A stretch of DNA of 64,000 nt from Bacteroides sp. (GTDB taxonomy: Bacteria; Bacteroidota; Bacteroidia; Bacteroidales; Bacteroidaceae). The notes beneath the pieces are model-generated. The model saw only the letters and a program-made list of their open reading frames with translations, ran no database searches and was not told where the DNA came from. The first letter of the stretch is position 1. Each line of letters opens with the position of its first letter. The stretch covers positions 17,453 through 81,452 of the forward strand of contig JAMPDJ010000010.1 in NCBI GenBank assembly GCA_023665805.1. Reading direction: 5' to 3'. Both the position numbers and the translations under genes were made by a program. Shown one piece after another: positions 36,974 through 46,679 of the stretch.

Positions 36974-37963
36974 TCAGATTTTTCTGATATAACGATGAAG
37001 GTTTCTCATCGTATCATATAAATGAAAGAGGCGGGCCTTTAATAAATATGACAAGACTATCTCTTTATAAGAGGAAATATGTAATTCATTTAAATAAGGG
37101 GCTAAATCAATGGACTGTATGATTTCGATACGTTTCCGTTTACATATCTTGTTATGATACAAAGAATTCAAGACTCTTCTTGCATAGTAACCCAAAATCC
37201 AATTGAGTTTATGTAGCGCAATCGGATTCTTTATACCTTTAAGTATGCACATATCTCGTATTACATCAGAAATCTTATGATATCCTAACAATTCAGAATC
37301 CAAACTGTTCACTCTTTTTGTCAATGAGTTATTTACATCAAAACTATAGAAATAATCTGTATCCTCTGAGAAGTATATATATCTGCACGCTTGGATGTAA
37401 GAAAATAGGAAAACTGCATCTTCACCTATATGCATATCTTCAATGAAATTCAGATTGAGTCTTTTTACTATTTCCATACGATACAATTTGCTCCATGGTG
37501 AAGTGTAACCATGAAGTTCATTTTCAATTAAAGCCAGTTCTATCTCATCCGAAGAAATCCTTTTTGAGGGGAAACTAATGCTTTTGAACTGTCCATTGCT
37601 ATAATATATAGTTGCATAAGAGAATACTAAATCTACATCATTTGTAACATGATCTATCAAATGTTCTAAATAGGATGGTGACACCCAATCATCGCTATCT
37701 ATAAATGTGACCCAAGTTCCTTTGGCATGTCGCAACCCTAAATTTCTTGCTGAGCTTACTCCCCCATTCATTTTGTAAAAGGCCGTTACACGAGAATCCT
37801 TTCGAGCATATCTATTACAGATGTCTTGAGATGCATCAGTACTTCCATCATTGATAAGTATGACTTCGAAGTCACTACAAGTTTGTGCAAGAACACTGTC
37901 AATACAGCGTTCTAAGTCTTTAGCGTTATTGTAAATAGGAATAATAACGGATATAAATGGCAT
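36974..37963 (-). CDS. glycosyltransferase family 2
   Basis: ATG at 37963 gives MPFISVIIPIYNNAKDLERCIDSVLAQT...LINDGSTDAS, with IDSDDW. The track start at 38071 is TTG. Confidence 0.88.
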   Translation of the reverse strand: MPFISVIIPIYNNAKDLERCIDSVLAQTCSDFEVILINDGSTDASQDICNRYARKDSRVTAFYKMNGGVSSARNLGLRHAKGTWVTFIDSDDWVSPSYLEHLIDHVTNDVDLVFSYATIYYSNGQFKSISFPSKRISSDEIELALIENELHGYTSPWSKLYRMEIVKRLNLNFIEDMHIGEDAVFLFSYIQACRYIYFSEDTDYFYSFDVNNSLTKRVNSLDSELLGYHKISDVIRDMCILKGIKNPIALHKLNWILGYYARRVLNSLYHNKICKRKRIEIIQSIDLAPYLNELHISSYKEIVLSYLLKARLFHLYDTMRNLHRYIRKI

Positions 37964-38071
37964 ATTCAATGTTATCTTATAAAGAATATACTGGAGGCGT
38001 CTGGTGAAAAAAACTAATCTTACTGACAGCAATGCAGATAGATATACCCGAATTGTGGCAGCACACTTCAA

Positions 38072-39055
38072 TCAGTTTATGATATTGAAAACATATTTAG
38101 CAATGCCAGTTATAGATAACCGTTCATCATAGAATGATCTTATTGTTTGGGGAGTAAAGTTATTAAGTCTTTCTTGGTCGGAAAGAATGGACGGTAGTTC
38201 TTTCCATGAATTAATGGTTATGCAAGGCGCATCTTTATAACATTCCACATTAGGCAGAGGTTCGGTAATCACAATGCATCCTTGGCGAAGCGCCTCGTAA
38301 AACCGGAAACACTCCGTAGAATGGAACCCGCAAGGAGATAAAACGATGCGTGAGTTTTGAAGGAACCTTGCGTAAGTTTTATAATCGGCTCCTTGGTTGA
38401 AACCGCTATAAAACTGTATATGTGTATTTTTATCTGAAAGGTCAAATGTTTTTCCCTCAAACCAATGTCGGAATAGCCGTACTCCCCCCCTTATGTTATA
38501 GCGAAGAAGGAAGTTGACTAATACCTCTTTCATCGTCTTCTTTTCCTTCAAAGAGTAAAAGAGCGGAAATCTATTTTTGTTTAGGTTTCCACAAAAATAC
38601 ACGTCGTGTTTTCTTTTGTTAAATGGCAGCACTTCTAATTCCGGAACATCATCTATTGTTAGCAATGGAAAATGATATAAACCTTTTCTATAAACGTTGA
38701 CGCCATTTATGCGTTGTATAGAATTTTCATTTCTAAGATGTACTTTAAATACCCAATTAAACCTTTGGAAAACGATATCGGAAGGAATACATCCTTCTTC
38801 ATCACCAATCCAGAATAAAACATTCTTTTTATCTTTTGCATAATTGGATGTTTCCTTTATCAGCACATGCTCATCTTCGATAAATCCCCAAAACACATAA
38901 TACTCAAAGTTGAGATCATTGTTCATTAGATTGTTTAGAGTAATACAAAACAATCTCAATGATTTTATTTCCAGTAATTTATCAAATTGATAAGACGGAG
39001 ATACTATTATAGTTACATTGTCTATGTCTTTAAATTGATGAACCATATAAGACAT
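38072..39055 (-). CDS. putative glycosyltransferase (exostosin/GT47-like C-terminal pattern)
   Basis: 327 aa with ...SRIVLSPCGFHSTECFRFYEALRQGCIVITEP, which resembles the exostosin-family motif. The assignment is weak. Confidence 0.45.
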   Translation of the reverse strand: MSYMVHQFKDIDNVTIIVSPSYQFDKLLEIKSLRLFCITLNNLMNNDLNFEYYVFWGFIEDEHVLIKETSNYAKDKKNVLFWIGDEEGCIPSDIVFQRFNWVFKVHLRNENSIQRINGVNVYRKGLYHFPLLTIDDVPELEVLPFNKRKHDVYFCGNLNKNRFPLFYSLKEKKTMKEVLVNFLLRYNIRGGVRLFRHWFEGKTFDLSDKNTHIQFYSGFNQGADYKTYARFLQNSRIVLSPCGFHSTECFRFYEALRQGCIVITEPLPNVECYKDAPCITINSWKELPSILSDQERLNNFTPQTIRSFYDERLSITGIAKYVFNIIN

Positions 39056-39074
39056 TATTTATATATAAGCTGAT

Positions 39075-39959
39075 TCAAACATTAATGAACTTCTTCCAAA
39101 AACTGTCATATTCCCATTTCATAAAGGCATGGCAACCGAATGGCAACTCTCCTGTCATGTCATACAAATAAGATGGATGCACTTCAAAAGCGAACAAAGC
39201 CGCCTCCTTGCAATTCGGAGTGGAAACCTCATCTATGATATTGGAATGACAAGCATATACGCTGAATATAAAATCTTCATTACATGCATTAGAACGCAAG
39301 AAATACCGAAGCGTATTACGATATCCCAACCCTCTAAAAATTGATTTAGCAAAGGCTCTGGCAATAACTATTATCTTTGAATCATACCTATACCGCTCAA
39401 GCTTACTATATAAATGCAGCAAATAACTCCATTTTAGAAATGGAAGGTATGGATTACTCCTTAATACTTTCAAGCAGTGGGTGACTTTTCGTAAGGAAAA
39501 ACCTCCATTCCCCCCCCCATCAAAATCTTTCGAGTGAACGACCTCACGGTTATCTTGCTCATAAATGTAAAAAGTAGGAGGTCCAATATAATCGTAGCCC
39601 TTGTCACACCAATATTGCAACTTATCAGAAAACACCCAAGCGTCTAACTGACATATCAGCATATAGTCATATTTCAGAAAACGCTCATAGAAGTCTGTGG
39701 CTAAACATAAACGGTTATATCCTTCAACAGACGAAAAATAATTCTTGTCAAAATACTCTATATGAAAGTTCTTGCCTATTTCAGCAGAAACTTTCTCATA
39801 GCAAGACAAATCTAATCCGCTATAAGTTATCAGACATATGTCATAATGGCTTAACACCGTAAGCGTCTGGCGAAAAGAGGCCAATTCGTACAACACGGGT
39901 GCTGATTGATACACTGGAATCACGACAACACTCTTTGTTGAGTTTTTATTTTTACCCAT
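39075..39959 (-). CDS. DUF5672-like putative glycosyltransferase
   Basis: 294 aa. The GGGNGGFSLRKV motif is recalled as characteristic of DUF5672. The gene contains a G9 tract. Confidence 0.55.
   Translation of the reverse strand: MGKNKNSTKSVVVIPVYQSAPVLYELASFRQTLTVLSHYDICLITYSGLDLSCYEKVSAEIGKNFHIEYFDKNYFSSVEGYNRLCLATDFYERFLKYDYMLICQLDAWVFSDKLQYWCDKGYDYIGPPTFYIYEQDNREVVHSKDFDGGGNGGFSLRKVTHCLKVLRSNPYLPFLKWSYLLHLYSKLERYRYDSKIIVIARAFAKSIFRGLGYRNTLRYFLRSNACNEDFIFSVYACHSNIIDEVSTPNCKEAALFAFEVHPSYLYDMTGELPFGCHAFMKWEYDSFWKKFINV
39510..39518 (-). repeat. G9 homopolymer inside the DUF5672-like coding sequence
   Basis: Plus strand ccccccccc encodes GGG in ...DFDGGGNGG.... The frame is intact in this assembly. 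Confidence 0.9.
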
Positions 39960-39962
39960 AGT

Positions 39963-40634
39963 CTACATACTTTGGTGTGGCAGTTTCTTAATGATTTTTG
40001 CCGGAACTCCAGCAACTACAGAATAGGAAGGTATATCATGTGTAACCACAGAGTTAGCGGCAACAATTACCCCATCTCCAATTCTAACATTAGCCATAAT
40101 CGAGACCTTGTCGCCTAACCATACGTTTTTACCGATAATCACAGTTCCTTTTGAAACAACCCTACGTTGAGTTGGTGATATATCGTTCTCTACTCCGCTG
40201 GAATCTCCATGAGAATTGTCAGTAATCAAAACATAACGCCCGGTAAGCAATCCGTCACCGATTTCAATCCTGTTGGTCGCAGTAAAATGATTATATTCAC
40301 CTATATGACAATGATTTCCCACTACCAATTTCGGACCATTCTTGGAAATTCCATAGTTATTCCCTACTTCCATTAGTGTCCCTTTATGAATCACAGTCCC
40401 GTTGCCCAGCGAAATGTATTCCGGGTGATAAAAATAAGCCCCATTAAATATTGCCCCTTCCCTTAATGTCCGGTACAATTTTCCATTCCAATAAGCAGTG
40501 TTATAGCTCGTTGCGAATTCCGAATAGTACACCGACAATCTGTATCGCAAGGGATGCATAACGCAACCCATTACCCACCCTATGCAATGGATGACTTTCA
40601 GTATTAAACAGTTTATTATTTTAAGCGCACCCAT
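39963..40634 (-). CDS. hexapeptide-repeat (LbH) acetyltransferase
   Basis: GKNVWLGDKVSIMANVRIGDGVIVAANSVVTHDIPSYSVVAGVPAKII. Confidence 0.8.
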   Translation of the reverse strand: MGALKIINCLILKVIHCIGWVMGCVMHPLRYRLSVYYSEFATSYNTAYWNGKLYRTLREGAIFNGAYFYHPEYISLGNGTVIHKGTLMEVGNNYGISKNGPKLVVGNHCHIGEYNHFTATNRIEIGDGLLTGRYVLITDNSHGDSSGVENDISPTQRRVVSKGTVIIGKNVWLGDKVSIMANVRIGDGVIVAANSVVTHDIPSYSVVAGVPAKIIKKLPHQSM

Positions 40635-40731
40635 ATATTAGATTGAATCATCCGACAAACAGATAAAAAGCACGCAACACCCAATACATATATCTTTACC
40701 ATAAGAACTCATCAAAACAGCCATCTCAACA

Positions 40732-41634
40732 TTACTGTAATACCCCATCATTTATAAACCGTTGGTACTTTTGTTGCAGATGAAACGGTGCGCCCCTGAG
40801 CAAATCCCGTTGTATTTGCTCCAAAGACACCTGAATGAGAGCCTGCTCCTTGTGGATGTCAAATAGTTCTTGATATGATTTCGGGTATTCTAATAATTCC
40901 GTTATATTTCCGAATCCATCATAGTATTCTATGCCAACAGAACTAAAGTAGTCTTTGAATTTAAAACCATCAGTATCAATATCTCCATTTTTAATCCATA
41001 ATGCAGGAATCCCATAGGCATGCGCTACAATAATTCCATGTAATGAAGTTGATAGAATTTTTCTGCAACTACAAATTTGACCTACCACCTTTTCTACGTC
41101 ATCTGTTCGTAAATCAATAATCAGATACTTATCGCCATAAATTCTGATAAAATAGTCTACTTCACGATGATGCGGTATTATTCCCAAAGGAATGTCTTTG
41201 TTTATTTCTGGTTTTATCCATAATGGCAGCAACAATGCAGGGTCACCAAGTGGAACATCGTTTACGGCAATACCTTGCTTTAATATCTTCAGTTTACTTT
41301 CGTTGCCACGCAAAGCATAAATGTTATCCTTATGTATATGCACAGGATCCGAATAATTCATAAAACCGCTACCCCAGATTTTACATGTGCCAGTGCTATT
41401 TCTTAATATAGACCCTATGGACAATAAAACACCTCTATTGGGTTTTTGTAAATCTTTCCATCTCGAAAAACGTCCAAGAAATACAATACTAAATAATTTC
41501 CTGAACAATTGCCGTGTACTAAAGGGTTTAACCCAGCATGTCGGAAGGCCTGAAAGTTCCTCTACCAACTTAGGAGCCAAGCTATCTCCAAAGTTAAGGC
41601 CTTCCCAATAATACATTCTAATGCTTTGCTTCAT
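40732..41634 (-). CDS. polysaccharide pyruvyl transferase family protein
   Basis: 300 aa with NFGDSLAPKLVEELSG near the N-terminus and STSLHGIIVAHAYGIPALWI near the C-terminus. Confidence 0.78.
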   Translation of the reverse strand: MKQSIRMYYWEGLNFGDSLAPKLVEELSGLPTCWVKPFSTRQLFRKLFSIVFLGRFSRWKDLQKPNRGVLLSIGSILRNSTGTCKIWGSGFMNYSDPVHIHKDNIYALRGNESKLKILKQGIAVNDVPLGDPALLLPLWIKPEINKDIPLGIIPHHREVDYFIRIYGDKYLIIDLRTDDVEKVVGQICSCRKILSTSLHGIIVAHAYGIPALWIKNGDIDTDGFKFKDYFSSVGIEYYDGFGNITELLEYPKSYQELFDIHKEQALIQVSLEQIQRDLLRGAPFHLQQKYQRFINDGVLQ

Positions 41635-41650
41635 GATAGAATGCTATTAC

Positions 41651-42235
41651 TTATTGGGTTCTTATACAACGTTTTGAATCATCCAATTCCGTTCTTCCTT
41701 GGGCCTTTTGCTCCAAATATATCTTGTTTTCTGATTTTAGTTGCAGATACTTGCTTTCGTCCCTGTATTTTATAAGTTTTGCCGGACAACCTCCCACAAC
41801 TGCCATTGCTGGCACATCTTTAGTGACACATGAGTTGGCCGCAATAATGGCCCCCTCTCCAATTGTAACACCTGCCATTAGAGAAACATCCGCTCCAATC
41901 CAAACATTTTCTCCTATTGTTACATCCTTCACCATGTACCTATCGTCATAAGGAAGCATATCTCCTTCCCACCTATGATTAGAAGTGTGAACTTTGACTC
42001 TTGGACCCAAAATGGAACCTTTACCGATAGTAAGATTTCCACGTAGCTCAAACGATGAACCTGGCCCTATGTATATAGGCGGGGTGCATTTTAGCCTGTT
42101 GGGATTAAACACAAAGAAGGGTTTGTGGATTTCTACCCCTTCTGATTCAAGTCTGTTCTTAATTTTATTTTGATGATATTCTAATCGTAGAAAATCAATG
42201 AACGACTTGGACATATCAATGAGTATCTTCAACAT
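41651..42235 (-). CDS. hexapeptide-repeat (LbH) acetyltransferase
   Basis: [48 protein letters not shown]. Confidence 0.85.
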   Translation of the reverse strand: MLKILIDMSKSFIDFLRLEYHQNKIKNRLESEGVEIHKPFFVFNPNRLKCTPPIYIGPGSSFELRGNLTIGKGSILGPRVKVHTSNHRWEGDMLPYDDRYMVKDVTIGENVWIGADVSLMAGVTIGEGAIIAANSCVTKDVPAMAVVGGCPAKLIKYRDESKYLQLKSENKIYLEQKAQGRTELDDSKRCIRTQ

Positions 42236-43779
42236 TGCTTAATTGTGTTTCTGAATAATTTTGACTTAATTACCGTTCTCAAATACAAACGTTCCGATTG
42301 GGAGAGCCCTATCCAATATGCAAATATGCAAATGTTTATTGCAGAAGAAACAAAGACGAATAAAAAACGAAGGAAGCCATAAGGCATGAATTTATAACAC
42401 GCAAATGGAATACAGTAAGATAAAATAGCAACAAGTAATACATTACAGCATACCCCTACAATGTAATTAACAAACGAAATATTGATTGTACGTGAAACTA
42501 TTAGCAATCTCAAGAAAAAACAAATAATTGAAATTATCAACGTTACATATAATACACTTTCGGGAGGATATTTCATGATAAGAAGAATATAAGATAAAGG
42601 AAGGTTTAATAATGACATTCCTCCGACTGTCAATTGATAATACTTGATATTGCCAGATGCAGATTGTGCAGAAGTAATGGTTTTAGATAAGACCTCACAC
42701 ATAGATGTCAGAAGCACTATACGTACAAAATTAACAGAATGTTCTGGATATTGTTTCAGCCATAATGTAAGTACATAATCGGTTTCAATGAATATAGGCA
42801 TTGCCAAGAAAAGTAATATGTAAAAAGAGAAACGCGTTCCCCGTTCCAGTAGCGAGGTTAAAAATAGCTTGTCACCTTTAGCATAAGATATTGTGATTTG
42901 TGGTGATAAAGATACCATGAAATTATTCACAAAAGAGTTGACCACAACATTGACAGTATTCGCTATGCCTTTGGCGGCATTTAACGTTGCTCCATAAAAA
43001 AGATTAAGTAAGATATTTACGCCTTGATCTCTCAGTACAACAGATGTACTACCTATAAATCCCCAACTGGCAAATGAACCTATTCCCTTGAAAAATTGCT
43101 TATCAAAGGTAAAATGTAACTGACACTCTTGAAAATGCGTCTTACAATAATATAGATAAATGCTCTGAATCAAAATGCCCACCAAAACAAGTAAGGTTGA
43201 ATATATTATGAGGTTATCCCATACAAAAGGTATATATGCAATGAACAATACTATCAAAAGCCTTAGTATCGTATCCAATATGCCTATATAGGCGAATATG
43301 TTCATCCGTTCATACGCAATTATGATAGCATTGAATGATACACTTAACAAGCCCAGCATAAAAGATAAAATAGAAGCTTGAAAGACCCAATTGGCAGCAT
43401 GCAAACGTTCAGGAGGAATAGTCATATGTGTATTCAAGAACCAAACTCCAATCGTTTCTGATAGCACAAGCACCAATAAGGCCAACATTACATGTATAAA
43501 AAAAGAAGTAGAAAAGACTCTCTTTAGTCGTTCTATATTGCCTTCTCCCAGTTCGAAAGTAAAAAAACGTACAACAGCTCCAGACAATGCTTCTGATATC
43601 AACGCAAACATCGCAACGAAGCCTCCCACCACATTGTATATGCCATAATCCTCTACGCCAAGGGTGTTCAGCACTACACGTGACGTATATAGCGACACAA
43701 GCATGCTGAACAGCATACGCGTATAAAGCATTAACGTATTCTTTGCAATACGTTTGGTGTTTTCTGATTGTGTTGACAT
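42229..43779 (-). CDS. wzx: oligosaccharide flippase (Wzx, polysaccharide biosynthesis protein family)
   Basis: 516 aa, polytopic, with the N-terminus [44 protein letters not shown] typical of Wzx. Confidence 0.88.
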   Translation of the reverse strand: MSTQSENTKRIAKNTLMLYTRMLFSMLVSLYTSRVVLNTLGVEDYGIYNVVGGFVAMFALISEALSGAVVRFFTFELGEGNIERLKRVFSTSFFIHVMLALLVLVLSETIGVWFLNTHMTIPPERLHAANWVFQASILSFMLGLLSVSFNAIIIAYERMNIFAYIGILDTILRLLIVLFIAYIPFVWDNLIIYSTLLVLVGILIQSIYLYYCKTHFQECQLHFTFDKQFFKGIGSFASWGFIGSTSVVLRDQGVNILLNLFYGATLNAAKGIANTVNVVVNSFVNNFMVSLSPQITISYAKGDKLFLTSLLERGTRFSFYILLFLAMPIFIETDYVLTLWLKQYPEHSVNFVRIVLLTSMCEVLSKTITSAQSASGNIKYYQLTVGGMSLLNLPLSYILLIMKYPPESVLYVTLIISIICFFLRLLIVSRTINISFVNYIVGVCCNVLLVAILSYCIPFACYKFMPYGFLRFLFVFVSSAINICIFAYWIGLSQSERLYLRTVIKSKLFRNTIKQC

Positions 43780-43989
43780 GATTTATTACAGGTCAATGGC
43801 GTGAAAGAGGAACGCTTACCCGTTTGACTAAAATGCTCTTTTCAACATGTCCACTTAAATGGCAAGACATGTTGGCACAAGCGGTCAAGTGTAGTGACGT
43901 GCTTTTAGGAATTGCTTCAAATTGCGAAGAATTATACCGACTTCAATGGATATGCAGGAAGTAAGGTCTTGTGTGCCAATCAACAGTTG

Positions 43990-44916
43990 TTATTTTTGGG
44001 AGAGGTTGGTTATTTCATCCACGGACAATCCTGTCAATTCGGATACAGTGCTGATGTCCATGCCTTTGGCAAGCATAGTACGGGCTATTTCTGCGCGTCC
44101 TTTTTCAATTCCCTGCTCAATTCCTTGTTCAATTCCTTGTTCAATTCCTTGCTTGATTCCCTTTTCAATACCTTTCTCCAGTCCTCGTATCTCTGCTGTC
44201 TGCATCACGCTGAACCAATCGCGATAGTTCTTCAAACTCTCCTCATATTCGTATCTTTCCCTCCGGTCGTACTTGGCTATTTCCGCCACTTCAAACAAGT
44301 GTTCGAAAATCTTGTCCTGCAATACCTTTGGACGTTCCAGCAGCGAAGCCAGATTGCGGATGGCAAACATCCACTTGTCAAACAGGGTCTCAAGTTCCGG
44401 TTCCGTTTTTGTGAACTTGGGCATTTCCAGATAGATGAATGTCAGCTTGTCATAAAACACTGATTTCGTGTCGATGTCCATCAACTTGATTTCGTGGTAG
44501 AAATCATTGCTCTGTTCCATGCCGGGGAGACAGAAATTCAGTATGCCGATGGTGTAGACTCCTTTCAGCTCATAGTTCCATATGCCACGGGGGGCTTGTT
44601 CGCGTATGGCGAAAGTGGAATAGTATATGCTACGGTCTTTGAAGAATTGCTGTTCTCCTTTCTGCATTTCCACTACGAACATTTCTCCGCGGTTGTTCTT
44701 GCAATAGACATCGAACACGGCACGTCGGTCGTATTCCTGAGTGCCCAGATGCTCTGCATTCAAGTATGTGATGTCGGTTATCTCCTCCCTGCCATGCAGC
44801 AAGGCGTTCAGGAAGCTGATGAGCAAATCCTTGTTCACTTCGGTTCCGAACAATTTCTTGAACGCAAAGTCGGTATAAAAGTTTATATATCTGTCTATCA
44901 AGCCCTGCGAACACAT
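43990..44916 (-). CDS. Rpn-family recombination-promoting nuclease / PD-(D/E)XK putative transposase
   Basis: The track start at 44973 is TTG. ATG at 44916 gives [24 protein letters not shown]..., with nuclease core [17 protein letters not shown] and a C-terminal (GIEQ)n repeat. Confidence 0.85.
   Translation of the reverse strand: MCSQGLIDRYINFYTDFAFKKLFGTEVNKDLLISFLNALLHGREEITDITYLNAEHLGTQEYDRRAVFDVYCKNNRGEMFVVEMQKGEQQFFKDRSIYYSTFAIREQAPRGIWNYELKGVYTIGILNFCLPGMEQSNDFYHEIKLMDIDTKSVFYDKLTFIYLEMPKFTKTEPELETLFDKWMFAIRNLASLLERPKVLQDKIFEHLFEVAEIAKYDRRERYEYEESLKNYRDWFSVMQTAEIRGLEKGIEKGIKQGIEQGIEQGIEQGIEKGRAEIARTMLAKGMDISTVSELTGLSVDEITNLSQK
44104..44175 (-). repeat. in-frame 12-bp tandem repeat x6 encoding [25 protein letters not shown]
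   Basis: The units ttcaattccctg / ctcaattccttg / ttcaattccttg / ttcaattccttg / cttgattccctt / ttcaataccttt were read directly. Confidence 0.9.
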
Positions 44917-44958
44917 ATTTATAACCTCCTTTTCCTGTTTTTCTTTTTTTAAGTGCAA

Positions 44959-44984
44959 ACGATATTTATTCAAATGCCCGTTTT
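44959..44984 (-). promoter_or_regulatory. 26-bp upstream motif shared with the AAA/PDDEXK gene (promoter-like)
   Basis: acgatatttattcaaatgcccgtttt matches acgatatttattcaaatacccgtctt at 46605-46630 at 24 of 26 positions. Confidence 0.45.
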
Positions 44985-45006
44985 ACAAACGGAGTCCCTC
45001 TCACCG

Positions 45007-46572
45007 TTACTTTACCTGTTGATTATCGATTATCCATTTCTCTATGTTCCGTGTCTCGGAAGAGAAATTCATGCCGATGCGGAACAGCGTTGTGCCATCT
45101 GCGCTGAATGGGAGCGTATAGTCTTTGTCAGAAATCTGTCGGAGTGCATCCTCTGCAGTCCCGTCAAGTTTGAACTCCATGACGTACGTGTAGTCTTGGC
45201 TCTGTAGCACCATGTCGATGCGTCCACGGCTCGTGTGGTATTCTGCACGGACATGCGCCCCAAGCAGCTTGAATATGATGAACAGCACATTTTGGTAATG
45301 GTTCTCCAGGTCTCTCTCCAACTCGTAGGGAGTGTCTGCGAAGAAGCTTTTCAAACGGGTAAGGAAAGCTGCGGGCTTGCCCGTTTCTATTTCGTTGACG
45401 AATTTCTGTATGTGGAAAGGAGCCTCTACGGAATCCAGCGAAGTATAATAAGGAAGCAGGAAACGGAAGAACCCGTCTTCCACCTCGGCGTTCGGAAATC
45501 CCAGATGATATGTTCGGAAACGTGGGTCATAGTCCTTTATGGTCAGATAGCCGCTTTGGTATATCACCGGTATGGGGTTGGCGGATGCAACTTCAACGCT
45601 GTTGAGTATGTCCTCGGTGGCGTACTCGTCTGCCATGCGCTCCAGGCTGTAGCCCTGCAACTGCAGTAGCTGCACGAGGTATGTGGGCGTTCCCGTCTCG
45701 AACCAATAGCTTCCGAAAGCGTTGGCGTCGAAAGCGTTGAGCACACTGAACGGGTTGTATATTCCGGATTGCGCTGCGGTGAAGTGGTATCCGTCGTAAA
45801 GCCTCGTCATTTCGTCCGTCACCTCTTCCGTCGACATGTGAAGTTCTTGTGCCATGCGCTTCATGTGTTCCCCGAAGTCCCGTTGAAGTTCCGCACCCGT
45901 GATACCGCAAATTTCGTGGTAGTCCTTGCGCATGGATATGTCCTTGAGGTTGTTGAGGTCGCTGAAGACGCTGACCTTTCCGAACTTTGTAACTCCGGTC
46001 AGCATGGCGAACTTGATATATTGGTCGCCGGACTTAAGTGCTCCGTAAAAAGCCTTCAGCGTGTTGCGGTATGCCTCCTGCAAGGACTCGTTGCCAATGG
46101 TCTGAAGCATAGGCTTGTCATATTCGTCGATTAGGATTACCACACGTTTGCCTGTCTTGATGAAAGCTTGCTCTATGACATATGAAAAACGCTCCTCCGG
46201 AACACGGTCTTTCTTGGCATCACCATAGAGTGCTTCCCATTTTTCAAGATACTCGTTCAGTATTCCGGAAAGGGATTCTATGTCCTTGTAGTTGCGGGTA
46301 TTCAGATCCATATGCAGGACAGGATACCTTTCCCACTTCTGCTCCAGATTCGCTATTGCCAGTCCCTCGAACAAGTCTTTCCGCCCGTCGAAATAGGAAT
46401 GCAGAGTAGAGAGGAGCAGGCTTTTTCCGAAACGTCGGGGGCGTGACAGGAAATAGTAGCTGCCTGTAGAGACAAGTCTGTATACCCAAGCTGTCTTGTC
46501 TACGTAAAGATAATTCCCCTCGCGTATCTTCTCAAAATTCTGTATGCCTATAGGCAAGTTCTGGAGTTCCAT
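45007..46572 (-). CDS. AAA-ATPase_like + PD-(D/E)XK (PDDEXK_9) fusion protein
   Basis: 521 aa. MELQNLPIGIQNFEKIREGNYLYVDKTAWVYRL...FLSRPRRFGKSLLLSTL is the hallmark N-terminus of the predicted AAA-ATPase family. The C-terminal part AEYHTSRGRIDMVLQSQDYTYVMEFKL is nuclease-like. Confidence 0.88.
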   Translation of the reverse strand: MELQNLPIGIQNFEKIREGNYLYVDKTAWVYRLVSTGSYYFLSRPRRFGKSLLLSTLHSYFDGRKDLFEGLAIANLEQKWERYPVLHMDLNTRNYKDIESLSGILNEYLEKWEALYGDAKKDRVPEERFSYVIEQAFIKTGKRVVILIDEYDKPMLQTIGNESLQEAYRNTLKAFYGALKSGDQYIKFAMLTGVTKFGKVSVFSDLNNLKDISMRKDYHEICGITGAELQRDFGEHMKRMAQELHMSTEEVTDEMTRLYDGYHFTAAQSGIYNPFSVLNAFDANAFGSYWFETGTPTYLVQLLQLQGYSLERMADEYATEDILNSVEVASANPIPVIYQSGYLTIKDYDPRFRTYHLGFPNAEVEDGFFRFLLPYYTSLDSVEAPFHIQKFVNEIETGKPAAFLTRLKSFFADTPYELERDLENHYQNVLFIIFKLLGAHVRAEYHTSRGRIDMVLQSQDYTYVMEFKLDGTAEDALRQISDKDYTLPFSADGTTLFRIGMNFSSETRNIEKWIIDNQQVK

Positions 46573-46597
46573 GATTATCTGCGCCTGTTTGCCGTAG

Positions 46598-46630
46598 CAA
46601 AGATACGATATTTATTCAAATACCCGTCTT
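46598..46630 (-). promoter_or_regulatory. shared upstream motif plus -7 box TATCTTTG for the AAA/PDDEXK gene
   Basis: Plus strand caaagata (46598-46605) is TATCTTTG on the minus strand, 26 nt from the ATG at 46572. It is contiguous with the 26-bp motif shared with the Rpn gene. Confidence 0.45.
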
Positions 46631-46679
46631 TGGCAAGAAACTTTTTCCAGAGCGATGTCCATATCATGGTGCGGACGGT

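Noticed and set aside
43843-43874. 9-bp-stem hairpin (caacatgtc...gacatgttg) between the Rpn gene and wzx, considered as a terminator that would insulate wzx.
   Set aside because: The stem is short and AT-rich, the loop is 14 nt, and there is no U-run on the transcribed (minus) strand. That is insufficient evidence for a terminator.
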